A stretch of 43,250 nt of DNA from assembly GCA_041906505.1 (NCBI GenBank), contig JAYRJB010000014.1:1-43250 (forward strand). The letters run 5' to 3'. Source of the stretch: Candidatus Saccharimonadales bacterium (GTDB lineage Bacteria; Patescibacteriota; Saccharimonadia; Saccharimonadales; 2-12-FULL-41-12). The notes under the pieces are model-generated. The model worked only from the letters and a program-made list of their open reading frames with translations. It had not been told where the DNA came from and did no database searches. The position numbers were made by a program, and so were the translations under genes. This document shows, one piece after another, positions 1-8,178 of the stretch; within the stretch, counting starts at the first letter, position 1, and every line of letters begins with the position of its first letter.

Positions 1-423
1 ATTGCCGAGGAAGAAGTTCGGCTCGATAATGTACTTCAAAAATTTCGCGTGCACGCTGCTACGATGAGCGAGTATTTTAACAGTCCTAATGGAAAAAATA
101 AAATTGTTACTTCCTACAGTGTTACCCAAGAAATGACCCCTAAAGTTGAGGTTACTACCAACTATTCATCAAAGCTATACTGCTGGGACGAAAACGAAGG
201 TGTGTGGAAAAAAGTAAGAACCAGACTAGAGGAAATGTGGCATACGCTTGCAAAAGCCGATCGCGAGCGGGGCGAATCAGAGCTTAGTGGCGACAGCTTT
301 GTGGCGTGGTTCACTGCATATTGTGAAGAAGAAGGGGAAATGGCAGATATTGGTTTGCCGAACGTATTTACACAAGATCGGTTTAATGAAATTATGGATG
401 TGCTTGAGGGAGTCGGCAGTTAA
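1..423 (+). CDS. Hypothetical acidic protein, 5'-truncated by the window edge
   Basis: Frame 1 is open from base 1 (IAEEEVRLDNVLQKFRVHAATM...) to TAA at 421-423. No recognisable motif. Confidence 0.65.
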   Translation: MAEEEVRLDNVLQKFRVHAATMSEYFNSPNGKNKIVTSYSVTQEMTPKVEVTTNYSSKLYCWDENEGVWKKVRTRLEEMWHTLAKADRERGESELSGDSFVAWFTAYCEEEGEMADIGLPNVFTQDRFNEIMDVLEGVGS

Positions 424-428
424 GCGTT

Positions 429-1481
429 TTATTCGTGGTTTATCAACTCGTGCTCATACGCCAACAGCTTCTCGATGAGATCGTCGATGTTGCCATCTAG
501 TGCTGCGGGAATGTTAGATCGGCTGTAGCCGATGCGGTGATCGGTAATGCGGTCTTGGGGAAAGTTGTAGGTTCGGATTTTCTCGCTGCGATCACCCGAG
601 CCAATAAGTTTTTTTCGAGCGTCCGATAGCTCTGCTTGTTCGGCTTCTATTTTTTGGGCCAGAAGTCGTGCCCGCAGTACACTCATGGCTTTTTCTTTGT
701 TTTTTATTTGAGATTTTTCGTCTTGGCAAGTTACAACCGTGCCACTGGGAAGATGAGTAATGCGCACCGCAGAATCTGTCGTGTTTACGCTTTGTCCACC
801 ATGCCCACCAGAGCGAAACACATCAATTCGCAAATCGCTGGGGTTAATTTCTAGATCGGTTTCTTCAGCTTCGGGCATGACAGCAACGGTGGCAGTACTG
901 GTATGGACTCGACCCTGAGATTCTGTTACGGGGACGCGCTGTACGCGGTGTACGCCGGCCTCAAATTTTAGATTTTTGTAGGCTTCAAGCCCCTTTATCG
1001 CAAAACTAATTTCTTTGTAGCCACCAGCCTCCGACGGACTGTCGTCAATGTGCTCTACTTTATAATTGTGTGATTCTGCCCAACGGCTGTACATCCGAAA
1101 AAGCTCGGCTGCGAACAGACTAGACTCATCACCACCTGCGGCCGCCCGTATTTCAACAATTACATCTCGATCATTGTTAGGATCTTTTGGTGTGAGCGCC
1201 TCCGAGAGCGCTTGATTGGCTTGTGCACGCCGGGTTTTGATGTCTTCTAGCTCTTTATTTGCAAGTTCGGCCAGGTCGCCGCCGGATTCCAACATCTCTT
1301 GCGCAGTCTTTAGCTGATCGTCCAATCTTTTTAGCTCGTCAAACAACAAAAGGGTTTCTTCGAGTTCTTTTTGCCGCTTGGCCAATTTCGGGTACTTTGG
1401 ATCACTGTAGATAGCAGGATCTTTTAGTTGCTCAGTTAGTGTCTTGGCTTCCTCTCGAAGGATCTTTTCTTTAGCTTGCAT
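429..1481 (-). CDS. prfA: Peptide chain release factor 1
   Basis: [16 protein letters not shown] (GGQ), RF1-specific PVT (RVPVTE), [17 protein letters not shown]. Start placed at ATG 1481 (MQAKEK), 7 nt after TATACT. The ORF-track TTG at 1517 lies in the -35 box. Confidence 0.97.
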   Translation of the reverse strand: MQAKEKILREEAKTLTEQLKDPAIYSDPKYPKLAKRQKELEETLLLFDELKRLDDQLKTAQEMLESGGDLAELANKELEDIKTRRAQANQALSEALTPKDPNNDRDVIVEIRAAAGGDESSLFAAELFRMYSRWAESHNYKVEHIDDSPSEAGGYKEISFAIKGLEAYKNLKFEAGVHRVQRVPVTESQGRVHTSTATVAVMPEAEETDLEINPSDLRIDVFRSGGHGGQSVNTTDSAVRITHLPSGTVVTCQDEKSQIKNKEKAMSVLRARLLAQKIEAEQAELSDARKKLIGSGDRSEKIRTYNFPQDRITDHRIGYSRSNIPAALDGNIDDLIEKLLAYEHELINHE

Positions 1482-1488
1482 TATCAAC

Positions 1489-1539
1489 AGTATATCACCT
1501 CTGTTAAATATTGACAAAATTGCGATAATTTGCTATATT
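1489..1539. promoter_or_regulatory. Overlapping divergent sigma70 promoters (prfA / orphan pair)
   Basis: Plus: TTGACA 1511-1516, 17 nt, TG-n-TATATT 1534-1539. Minus: TTGTCA 1517-1512, 17 nt, TATACT 1494-1489. Confidence 0.75.
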
Positions 1540-1586
1540 AATACTCAAGACTGATAAAACAAAAAATAACAAAGGATACAAATAAA

Positions 1587-1862
1587 ATGACATCATTTAA
1601 AGAATATAAGCCCGAGGCACTAAAAACTGGTTTGCTGCTAGGACCTAAAGGAGTTGAACAGCTCGAGGGGGAATTTGGGCATGAAGTCGTAGAGGTTCAT
1701 CAAATAGACCCGGTCACAGCTCTAAAAAAAGCCCAGCAATCAGCCCGCCATAATCATTACGATGATTCAGTAACACCAGCTGAACAGGCGCGTGGTGATT
1801 ATGAAAGAACCCTTGAAGCTGGCGAAAAATATGACAACGTAATTGCTAAGGTGAAAGTGTGA
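1587..1862 (+). CDS. Hypothetical protein (91 aa)
   Basis: ATG ORF downstream of a near-consensus promoter. GTGA overlap with the next ORF. Confidence 0.65.
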   Translation: MTSFKEYKPEALKTGLLLGPKGVEQLEGEFGHEVVEVHQIDPVTALKKAQQSARHNHYDDSVTPAEQARGDYERTLEAGEKYDNVIAKVKV

Positions 1863-2551
1863 AAAGCAATCGCCAAGAACAACACAGTAGTCCAGAGCAA
1901 GAGCTTTCGTTCATTCAGCCTTTCGGTGGTGAACAAGGTGTTGTTAGTGAAAAAGAGCAACAAGTTGTAGCAGAACGCTTTATATCCCTCTTTGAGGAGA
2001 CATTGATGAATAACCCCACAGACGCACAGAATTTTTCCGATGATGTTTCAAAAAGCGAGTATTTGACTATGCACATCCAGAGCAAGGCAACCCCTCAAAT
2101 AAGGCATACATTAGCATTAAGGGCAACTGAAATGGTTACAGAGTCTGACTATGATTGGCAGCAAGCTGAAGAAGTAAGTAAGAGTATTGGCATACAAGTG
2201 GTGGAAGAAGAACGTGGTGGAAATATTTATGAATATCGTTTAGGTTCGGACGGTGTCGTGCGAAGGCATGATATTACGAAGCAGAAGCTAGAAGATCAAA
2301 GAGCGTTCAAAAAACTAGGTAAAACAGCGGTGCCTGGAGAAACACACGAGGAAGCTCTTGTGCGCGAGGCAGCAGAAGGCATAGAAGAGCTTTTGATCGG
2401 TGTGCAAAATTCTCGACTTGAAAGAGAGATGGGTCTCAATGATCAGCCGATAAGTCTCACTGAAATGGAGGGGCTGGAAGATTTTGTGCGCCAAGAAGGC
2501 TTTGAAGTACCCAGTATGCACCGACGATATCCTAAAGAGGGTAATGTTTAG
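1859..2551 (+). CDS. Hypothetical Glu/Gln-rich protein (230 aa)
   Basis: Long ORF coupled to the upstream ORF by GTGA. No recognisable domain. Confidence 0.75.
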   Translation: MKSNRQEQHSSPEQELSFIQPFGGEQGVVSEKEQQVVAERFISLFEETLMNNPTDAQNFSDDVSKSEYLTMHIQSKATPQIRHTLALRATEMVTESDYDWQQAEEVSKSIGIQVVEEERGGNIYEYRLGSDGVVRRHDITKQKLEDQRAFKKLGKTAVPGETHEEALVREAAEGIEELLIGVQNSRLEREMGLNDQPISLTEMEGLEDFVRQEGFEVPSMHRRYPKEGNV

Positions 2552-2623
2552 TTTTTTGCAAGAATAAAACTAACCAAAACACCGCCAAGTAAATTAAAAC
2601 CGCACTTTTTGAGCGCTTAGTTA

Positions 2624-2947
2624 TTAGCCGAGTTTTTGGGGTGCGGCTTGGGCTTTTTTGCTCTTCGCGGTCTTCTTGCTAGTTGCAGCTCGGGCTTTTG
2701 CAGCGGCTTCTGTTCTCGCTTTGAACTTATCGACGCGACCTTCGATGTCGAGTAATTTTTCTTGCCCAGTAAAGAAGGGGTGAGATGTACTAGAAATGTG
2801 TACGTTTACGAGTGGATACTCGTTGCCGTCGCTGTGCTTGATTTTCTCGGTTGTTTTGGCGGTTGAACGAGTTAAAAAGGTGGTCCCGTTCGAGAGGTCC
2901 TTAAAAACCACGAGGCGATAGTTATCTGGGTGAATATCTTTTTTCAT
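2624..2947 (-). CDS. rpmE2: 50S ribosomal protein L31, type B (no Zn motif), with Lys/Ala-rich C-terminal extension
   Basis: [17 protein letters not shown]...[24 protein letters not shown]. No CxxC. Confidence 0.95.
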   Translation of the reverse strand: MKKDIHPDNYRLVVFKDLSNGTTFLTRSTAKTTEKIKHSDGNEYPLVNVHISSTSHPFFTGQEKLLDIEGRVDKFKARTEAAAKARAATSKKTAKSKKAQAAPQKLG

Positions 2948-2955
2948 ATCAGCCT

Positions 2956-3005
2956 ATTATAGCTCGAAATTAGTGTTTGATCAAGATTCGCTAATCTGTT
3001 AGAAT
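2956..3005. promoter_or_regulatory. Overlapping divergent sigma70 promoters (rpmE2 / rpsB) sharing palindrome TTGATCAA
   Basis: Plus: TTGATC 2977-2982, 17 nt, TG-n-TAGAAT 3000-3005. Minus: TTGATC 2984-2979, 17 nt, TATAAT 2961-2956. Confidence 0.75.
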
Positions 3006-3011
3006 GAAATC

Positions 3012-3126
3012 AATACTAACGTAGACAATCCTGGGAACATATCCTCCGAGAGAGAAATCCGTGTAGGACGCTCTTTCGGCCCCTAGGGTGAAGTGACCTC
3101 GGCAATCGAGGCAAGGAAGGATTATT
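3012..3126 (+). promoter_or_regulatory. Probable structured rpsB 5' leader (candidate S2 autoregulatory element)
   Basis: About 115 nt between the promoter and the rpsB ATG, with hairpins TTCGGCCCCTAGGGTGAA and CCTCG-GCAAT-CGAGG and SD-like AAGGAAGG. rpsB leaders are known autoregulatory RNAs in other bacteria. No covariance-model match was tested. Confidence 0.5.
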
Positions 3127-3861
3127 ATGGCATCAACAGATGTTGACGTAAAAAAATTGTTAGAAGCGGGCGCGCACTTTGGCCACAAAACCAGTCGTTG
3201 GCACCCTAAAATGGCTACCTATATCCATAGCAAAAGAGCCGGCAACCACATAATCGATCTTACGCAGACTGCTGAAAAACTGAATGAGGCCTTGGCATTT
3301 TTAGAAAAAACGGCTGCAGAGGGAAAACAAATATTGTTCGTTGGAACCAAAAGACAAGCCAAAGAAATAATTCAAAAAGCAGCCACGGACACGGACATGC
3401 CATATGTTTCTGAGCGGTGGATTGGGGGCATGCTCACAAACACAACGACCATCAGTGGACGTATAAAGCATCTAAAGGATCTCGAGCTAAGAATGGCCAG
3501 CGGAGCGCTTGAGGCGAAATACTCAAAACTTGAGGTCCAGCGCTATCAAGAAGAGATTGATACCATGAACTTCATGTATGGGGGCATTAAGCATATGGCG
3601 CAGCGGCCAGGGGCGCTGTACGTCGTAGATGTGACGAATGAGCTCAATGCTGTCAAAGAGGCGCGAAAGTTGAAAATCCCGATTGTTGCCATCACCGACA
3701 CCAATGCCGACCCGAGCTTAATCGACTATGTTATTCCCGCCAATGATGATGCGATTAAAACCATTCAACTGATCACGGACTACGTCATTGCAGCCGTAAA
3801 TGCCGGTAAAACAAGTGGCGCAAAAAAAGCTGAAAAAACCGACGAAAAAGGAGACAAATAA
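3127..3861 (+). CDS. rpsB: 30S ribosomal protein S2
   Basis: LLEAGAHFGHKTSRWHPKM, WIGGMLTN, DTNADP...IPANDDAIK. Confidence 0.98.
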   Translation: MASTDVDVKKLLEAGAHFGHKTSRWHPKMATYIHSKRAGNHIIDLTQTAEKLNEALAFLEKTAAEGKQILFVGTKRQAKEIIQKAATDTDMPYVSERWIGGMLTNTTTISGRIKHLKDLELRMASGALEAKYSKLEVQRYQEEIDTMNFMYGGIKHMAQRPGALYVVDVTNELNAVKEARKLKIPIVAITDTNADPSLIDYVIPANDDAIKTIQLITDYVIAAVNAGKTSGAKKAEKTDEKGDK

Positions 3862-3864
3862 CTT

Positions 3865-4455
3865 ATGGATATTGAGGCAATAAAACGGCTCCGCGAGCTT
3901 ACTGGTGTTGGAATTACCGATGCCAAAAAGGCCTTAGTTGATTCAAAAGGGGATTTTGATAAAGCGCTACAGGCAATGAGAAAAAAAGGTCTTACGAAAG
4001 CCGAGAAGCGAGGCGAACGGGAAGCACGCGCAGGTGTAGTTAGTACCTACAATCACGACAGTCGAATCGGCGTGGTGCTTGAAGTAAACTGTGAAACTGA
4101 TTTTGTTGCGCGCAATCAAGTGTTCACCGATCTCGTGAAGGACATAGCCATGCATATTGCGGCGTCTAACCCAGAATATCTATCATCCGACGAGGTAAGC
4201 GAGCAAGACAAAGTCCGTATTTCGAAAGAATTTAGCGACAAGGTGCGAGCTGAGGGCAAGCCGGATGCAATGGTGCCAAAGATAGTTGAGGGAATGCTTA
4301 AGAAATATTTTGCCGAGCGTAGTTTGCTTGAACAACCTTTTGTAAAAAATCCCGATCAAACAGTTGGTCAGTATGTGAAGGAAGGGATTGCCAAGCTTGG
4401 CGAGAACATTGTCGTGCGACGCTTTAAAAGATTTGCGCTTGGTGAAGTAGAGTGA
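3865..4455 (+). CDS. tsf: Elongation factor Ts (short form)
   Basis: IKRLRELTG...KKAL, EVNCETDFVARN, LHIAA-like MHIAA, VRRFKRF. Follows rpsB. Confidence 0.97.
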   Translation: MDIEAIKRLRELTGVGITDAKKALVDSKGDFDKALQAMRKKGLTKAEKRGEREARAGVVSTYNHDSRIGVVLEVNCETDFVARNQVFTDLVKDIAMHIAASNPEYLSSDEVSEQDKVRISKEFSDKVRAEGKPDAMVPKIVEGMLKKYFAERSLLEQPFVKNPDQTVGQYVKEGIAKLGENIVVRRFKRFALGEVE

Positions 4456-4489
4456 GGTACAATACACTCAGAATTGGAGGCAGGTGTCG

Positions 4490-5053
4490 ATGAGTCCCTC
4501 GGAGGTTGTAGATAGCGCAAAAGCAAAGCTCAAAGCCGCAATTGCTCATTTTGAAATAGAGATAACAAAACTTCGAACAGGCAGAGCACATCCAAGTATG
4601 CTTGACGGCGTGAGTGCCGAGGCATACGGACAGCAGATGCCATTAATCCAGCTTGCAACTATTACCACGCCCGAGTCTCAACTTATCCAAGTAACGCCGT
4701 TTGATCCGAGTAATATACAAGCCATCTCGAGCGCGATTCGTGACAACCAATCACTTGGCATGAATCCGATGGACGACGGACGTGTGGTTCGTGTGCCAAT
4801 ACCACCGCTGACGGAAGAGCGGCGAAAGCAAATTGTCAAACAACTTGGTGAAAAGGTTGAAGATTGCAATATTGCCATCCGCAATATTCGCCACGAAACA
4901 CTGAAACAGCTGGATCAAGCAAAAAAAGACAAAGACATTAGCGAAGATGAACACAAACGCGCAACCAAGCAAGTTGATGACACAATGACTGAAACAAAAA
5001 AAGAAATTGAACGACTCTCGACGAAAAAAGAAGCCGAAATAATGACGGTGTAA
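4490..5053 (+). CDS. frr: Ribosome recycling factor
   Basis: LRTGRAHPSMLD, IPPLTEERRK, IAIRNIR. GGAGG at 4476-4480 fits ATG 4490. Confidence 0.97.
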   Translation: MSPSEVVDSAKAKLKAAIAHFEIEITKLRTGRAHPSMLDGVSAEAYGQQMPLIQLATITTPESQLIQVTPFDPSNIQAISSAIRDNQSLGMNPMDDGRVVRVPIPPLTEERRKQIVKQLGEKVEDCNIAIRNIRHETLKQLDQAKKDKDISEDEHKRATKQVDDTMTETKKEIERLSTKKEAEIMTV

Positions 5054-5140
5054 TTTCTACGTCTAAACGAGACTTGGGTAATTTGCTACACTTCGTAGTG
5101 AAGATGGTGGGATAATAATCCAAGAGGTAGTTTTGTTTTT

Positions 5141-6184
5141 ATGAAGTCTGTAGAGATCCCCCCTCGACAAAAAAACGAAGTAGTTATCGCTGGTGGTGGG
5201 GTGTATCCAGAGTTGGCGCACGAAGTTGCGACCGAACTGGGCGTGGAGGCTGCGAGTCTAAATTTGCGACGCCACGCCAATGGTGAGCTGTATGTGAGGT
5301 TTCTTGATTCAGTTCGAGGCAAAGACGTGTTTATCCTGCAAGCTCATTGCTCTGCAAATGGCTACAGTACCGAAGAAGCAATCAACGAACACCAGTATCT
5401 TGTAAACGCGGCTGCGGGCGCCACCGCAAGGTCCGTAATGGCAATCGCGCCCTATCTGGGCCATAGTCGAGGTGATCGAAAATCCAAGGGAAGAGAGGTC
5501 GCCCCCGCAGACTATACAGTGCAGTGTTTTGAGGTGGCTGGCCAAAAAACAAAGTTTAGTATGATGAGTGTTGATTTGCATTCTCCCCCAACGGCGCAAT
5601 CGTTGCGTACCGGTAATTACGAGCTGCTAACTGCCCAACCAGAGGTACGGCGATCAGTTGTTCAGTATCTGGGCACACGGATTGAAGATTGCGTTGTTGT
5701 TGCGCCAGATTCTGGGGCGGTGAAGAATAACAATCGCCATGCCAAAGAGTTAAGTAAAGAAACTGGCAATGATATCGAAGTTATTTTTATGGGCAAAGAA
5801 AGAGCGAGAGATGATTCAAGTTTGCTCTCCAGGGCCAAAGCGGTTGCTGGAGTTGAGGGAAAAATATGCCTAACGTTTGACGATATGATAGACGGCGGTT
5901 CAACAATGATAACAGCCGCGGAAACCCTTATGGAGTCAGGGGCCTCTTCAGTCGTCGTTGGTGCCACACACCCAATATTGTCGCCAAATGCGCCAGAAAA
6001 ACTCGCGAATTCCGAAATTGAAAAAGTATTTTTGGCTGATACACTTCCGCTAGAAAAAGCCCAAGAAACTATGCAGGACAAATTAGAGATCGTTAAAATA
6101 GCTCCGCTTTTGGGTCGAGCTGTCTATGAGGTCGTAACCGACGGATCGCTTTCTCGACTGTTTGACGACCAAAACCACCGATAA
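5141..6184 (+). CDS. prs: Ribose-phosphate pyrophosphokinase (divergent)
   Basis: ANGELYVR, SVRGKDVFILQ, PYLGHSRGDRK, VDLH, VVVAPDSG, DDMIDGGST, ATH. Confidence 0.88.
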   Translation: MKSVEIPPRQKNEVVIAGGGVYPELAHEVATELGVEAASLNLRRHANGELYVRFLDSVRGKDVFILQAHCSANGYSTEEAINEHQYLVNAAAGATARSVMAIAPYLGHSRGDRKSKGREVAPADYTVQCFEVAGQKTKFSMMSVDLHSPPTAQSLRTGNYELLTAQPEVRRSVVQYLGTRIEDCVVVAPDSGAVKNNNRHAKELSKETGNDIEVIFMGKERARDDSSLLSRAKAVAGVEGKICLTFDDMIDGGSTMITAAETLMESGASSVVVGATHPILSPNAPEKLANSEIEKVFLADTLPLEKAQETMQDKLEIVKIAPLLGRAVYEVVTDGSLSRLFDDQNHR

Positions 6185-6199
6185 ACTTATAAGAGCGTT

Positions 6200-6232
6200 T
6201 CTCAGATGTACCTCAGTTTTTCGTGTTAGAAT
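6200..6232 (+). promoter_or_regulatory. rseP promoter with TCTCAG-N5-CCTCAG direct repeat and extended -10
   Basis: TCTCAG 6200-6205, CCTCAG 6211-6216, TG-n-TAGAAT 6227-6232, 9 nt before ATG 6242. Confidence 0.55.
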
Positions 6233-6241
6233 AGATCCAAC

Positions 6242-7363
6242 ATGTCACTAGTGCTTTTGATTCTTGGTGTTGTTCTTTTTGTCGGGCTTGTCGTTGTGCA
6301 CGAATGGGGCCATTTTATCGCGGCTCGTCGTGGCGGCGTTGAGGTTGAGGAGTTTGGAATCGGTTTTCCTCCTTCGGTGTGGAGGAGAAAAATTAAGACC
6401 AAAAAAAGCCGATTTGAATTTAGCGTAAACGCGTTGCCGCTTGGCGGCTTTGTCCGACTAAAGGGCGAAAATGACGCTGATACTCGGCCAGGTAGCTATG
6501 GTGCAGCGCCGCTTGGAACAAAGGTGAAAATTATGACTGCGGGTGTGGCAATGAATCTGTTAGTGGCGCTCATAATGTTTACCGTGCTTGCCTGGATTGG
6601 GATGCCAAAACTTGTAGATAATCAATTTACAGTTGCCGGGGACACAAAAGTTATTCAAGAGAAGCAAAATAAGGGTGTGGTGCTTGTCGGCAAGGTTCCC
6701 GACAACACACCAGCAAAAAAAGCTGATGTAAGAGTTGATGATCAGATAATTTCCTTGGCCGGTGTAACAATAACTGACACAGCTCAAGTAGGCGCCACTG
6801 CAAAAGAAAATGCCGGTAAAACGGTGAGTATGGTTATTAAAAGAGGTAGCGAAACTCTCACAAAAACCCTCACACTGAATGCTCAGAATAATGGTCAAGG
6901 TTATTTGGGGGTGGTCAGCTCGTCTGGAGAGTCTGGGCTTGAACTTCGACGCTCAACTTGGTCAGCGCCAGTTGTTGCTGTAGGAGTAAGTGCCCAGTTT
7001 ACGAAACTCACCTTTCAAGGACTTGGAACGGCGATCCAAAGCCTAGTTAAAGGAGATACCACCAAGGCGAGCGAGCAAGTTTCTGGGCCAGTCGGCATCG
7101 CGGTGATATTAAACGAAGGCAGTAAGCTCGGGCTAAGCTTTATTTTGATGATAATTGCGATTATCTCGCTTACACTTGCCATAATGAACATTCTGCCAAT
7201 TCCAGCCCTTGATGGGGGTAGATTGTTTGTGACGCTCGGGTTTCGGGCGGCAAAAAAGCCTCTTACAAGGCGAAAAGAAGAATTGATACATGGTACAGGA
7301 TTTGTGTCGCTCATTGGTCTTATGATTTTGATTACGGTGGTGGATGTGAAGCGATTTTTTTAA
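6242..7363 (+). CDS. rseP: RseP-like site-2 intramembrane metalloprotease (M50) with PDZ domain
   Basis: HEWGH, PLGGFVRL, AGVAMN, SGPVGI, NILPIPALDGG. Confidence 0.92.
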   Translation: MSLVLLILGVVLFVGLVVVHEWGHFIAARRGGVEVEEFGIGFPPSVWRRKIKTKKSRFEFSVNALPLGGFVRLKGENDADTRPGSYGAAPLGTKVKIMTAGVAMNLLVALIMFTVLAWIGMPKLVDNQFTVAGDTKVIQEKQNKGVVLVGKVPDNTPAKKADVRVDDQIISLAGVTITDTAQVGATAKENAGKTVSMVIKRGSETLTKTLTLNAQNNGQGYLGVVSSSGESGLELRRSTWSAPVVAVGVSAQFTKLTFQGLGTAIQSLVKGDTTKASEQVSGPVGIAVILNEGSKLGLSFILMIIAIISLTLAIMNILPIPALDGGRLFVTLGFRAAKKPLTRRKEELIHGTGFVSLIGLMILITVVDVKRFF

Positions 7364-8152
7364 ATGAAATCAACTGAAGTCCCAAAGGAAAAGTTAAAAC
7401 CCCGAAAAATTTTTGCAAGAAGAACTGGTTTTGGTCCTATTTCTGCGGTTCTGGTTGCTATTGGTGCCTATCTGGGTTCGCAGTTACTGGCTGGAATATT
7501 TATTGGACTATACGCGGCGCAGCGCAACCTAAACGAAGCGCAGATTTCAGATTTGGTTGAAAATTCGGTTGGTTGGCAGTTCGCCTTTATCTTAATAGTG
7601 GAGGTTCTCACTTTTGGAATTTTGTGGTGGTTTATGCGCGGACGCCGGATACGGTTTTCGGATATTGGTTTAGGTAGAAAGCCAGACTTGAGTGATGTAG
7701 GCAAGGGAATAATAACGTTTGGTATTTATTTTGTGATACTCATTATGATAATGGGCTTTTTGCAGTTGTTTGTGCCGAGCATCAATCTGGAGCAGGAACA
7801 GCAAATTGGCTTTGAGGCTGCAAAGGGCGTTGGAAGTTTGCTTATGGTTTTCATTAGCCTCGTTATTTTGCCGCCAATCGTAGAAGAAATAGTTGTTCGC
7901 GGCTTTATGTTTTCGGGCCTCCGACGGGGGATGGGGGTAGTGGCAGCAACGTTGGTTGCAAGCCTGTTGTTTGCGGTCGCACACCTACAACTAGGTAGCG
8001 GAGCGCCTCCTTTATGGGTTGCGGCGGTTGATACGTTTGTGTTGTCAATTATCCTTATCATGTTGCGACTTCGAACGGGGGCTTTGTGGGCGGGAATGTT
8101 GGTTCATGGACTAAAGAATGGACTGGCATTTGTGTTCCTCTTTGTTTTGTAA
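7364..8152 (+). CDS. CPBP (CAAX protease/Abi) family intramembrane metalloprotease
   Basis: EEIVVRG, FAVAH, HGLKN and multiple hydrophobic helices. Confidence 0.9.
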   Translation: MKSTEVPKEKLKPRKIFARRTGFGPISAVLVAIGAYLGSQLLAGIFIGLYAAQRNLNEAQISDLVENSVGWQFAFILIVEVLTFGILWWFMRGRRIRFSDIGLGRKPDLSDVGKGIITFGIYFVILIMIMGFLQLFVPSINLEQEQQIGFEAAKGVGSLLMVFISLVILPPIVEEIVVRGFMFSGLRRGMGVVAATLVASLLFAVAHLQLGSGAPPLWVAAVDTFVLSIILIMLRLRTGALWAGMLVHGLKNGLAFVFLFVL

Positions 8153-8178
8153 AAGTAAGACAGGTACAATAAGCCGTG

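Noticed and set aside
760-830. Recent gene conversion between the prfA and prfB GGQ regions
   Set aside because: Protein identity is high but synonymous positions differ almost throughout (e.g. CAT/CAC, AGC/AGT, GAT/GAC).
2552-2623. Intrinsic terminator after rpmE2 (minus strand GCGCT-CAAAA-AGTGC then GGTTTT)
   Set aside because: Only a 5-bp stem with a G-U pair and an interrupted U-tract. Too weak to call.
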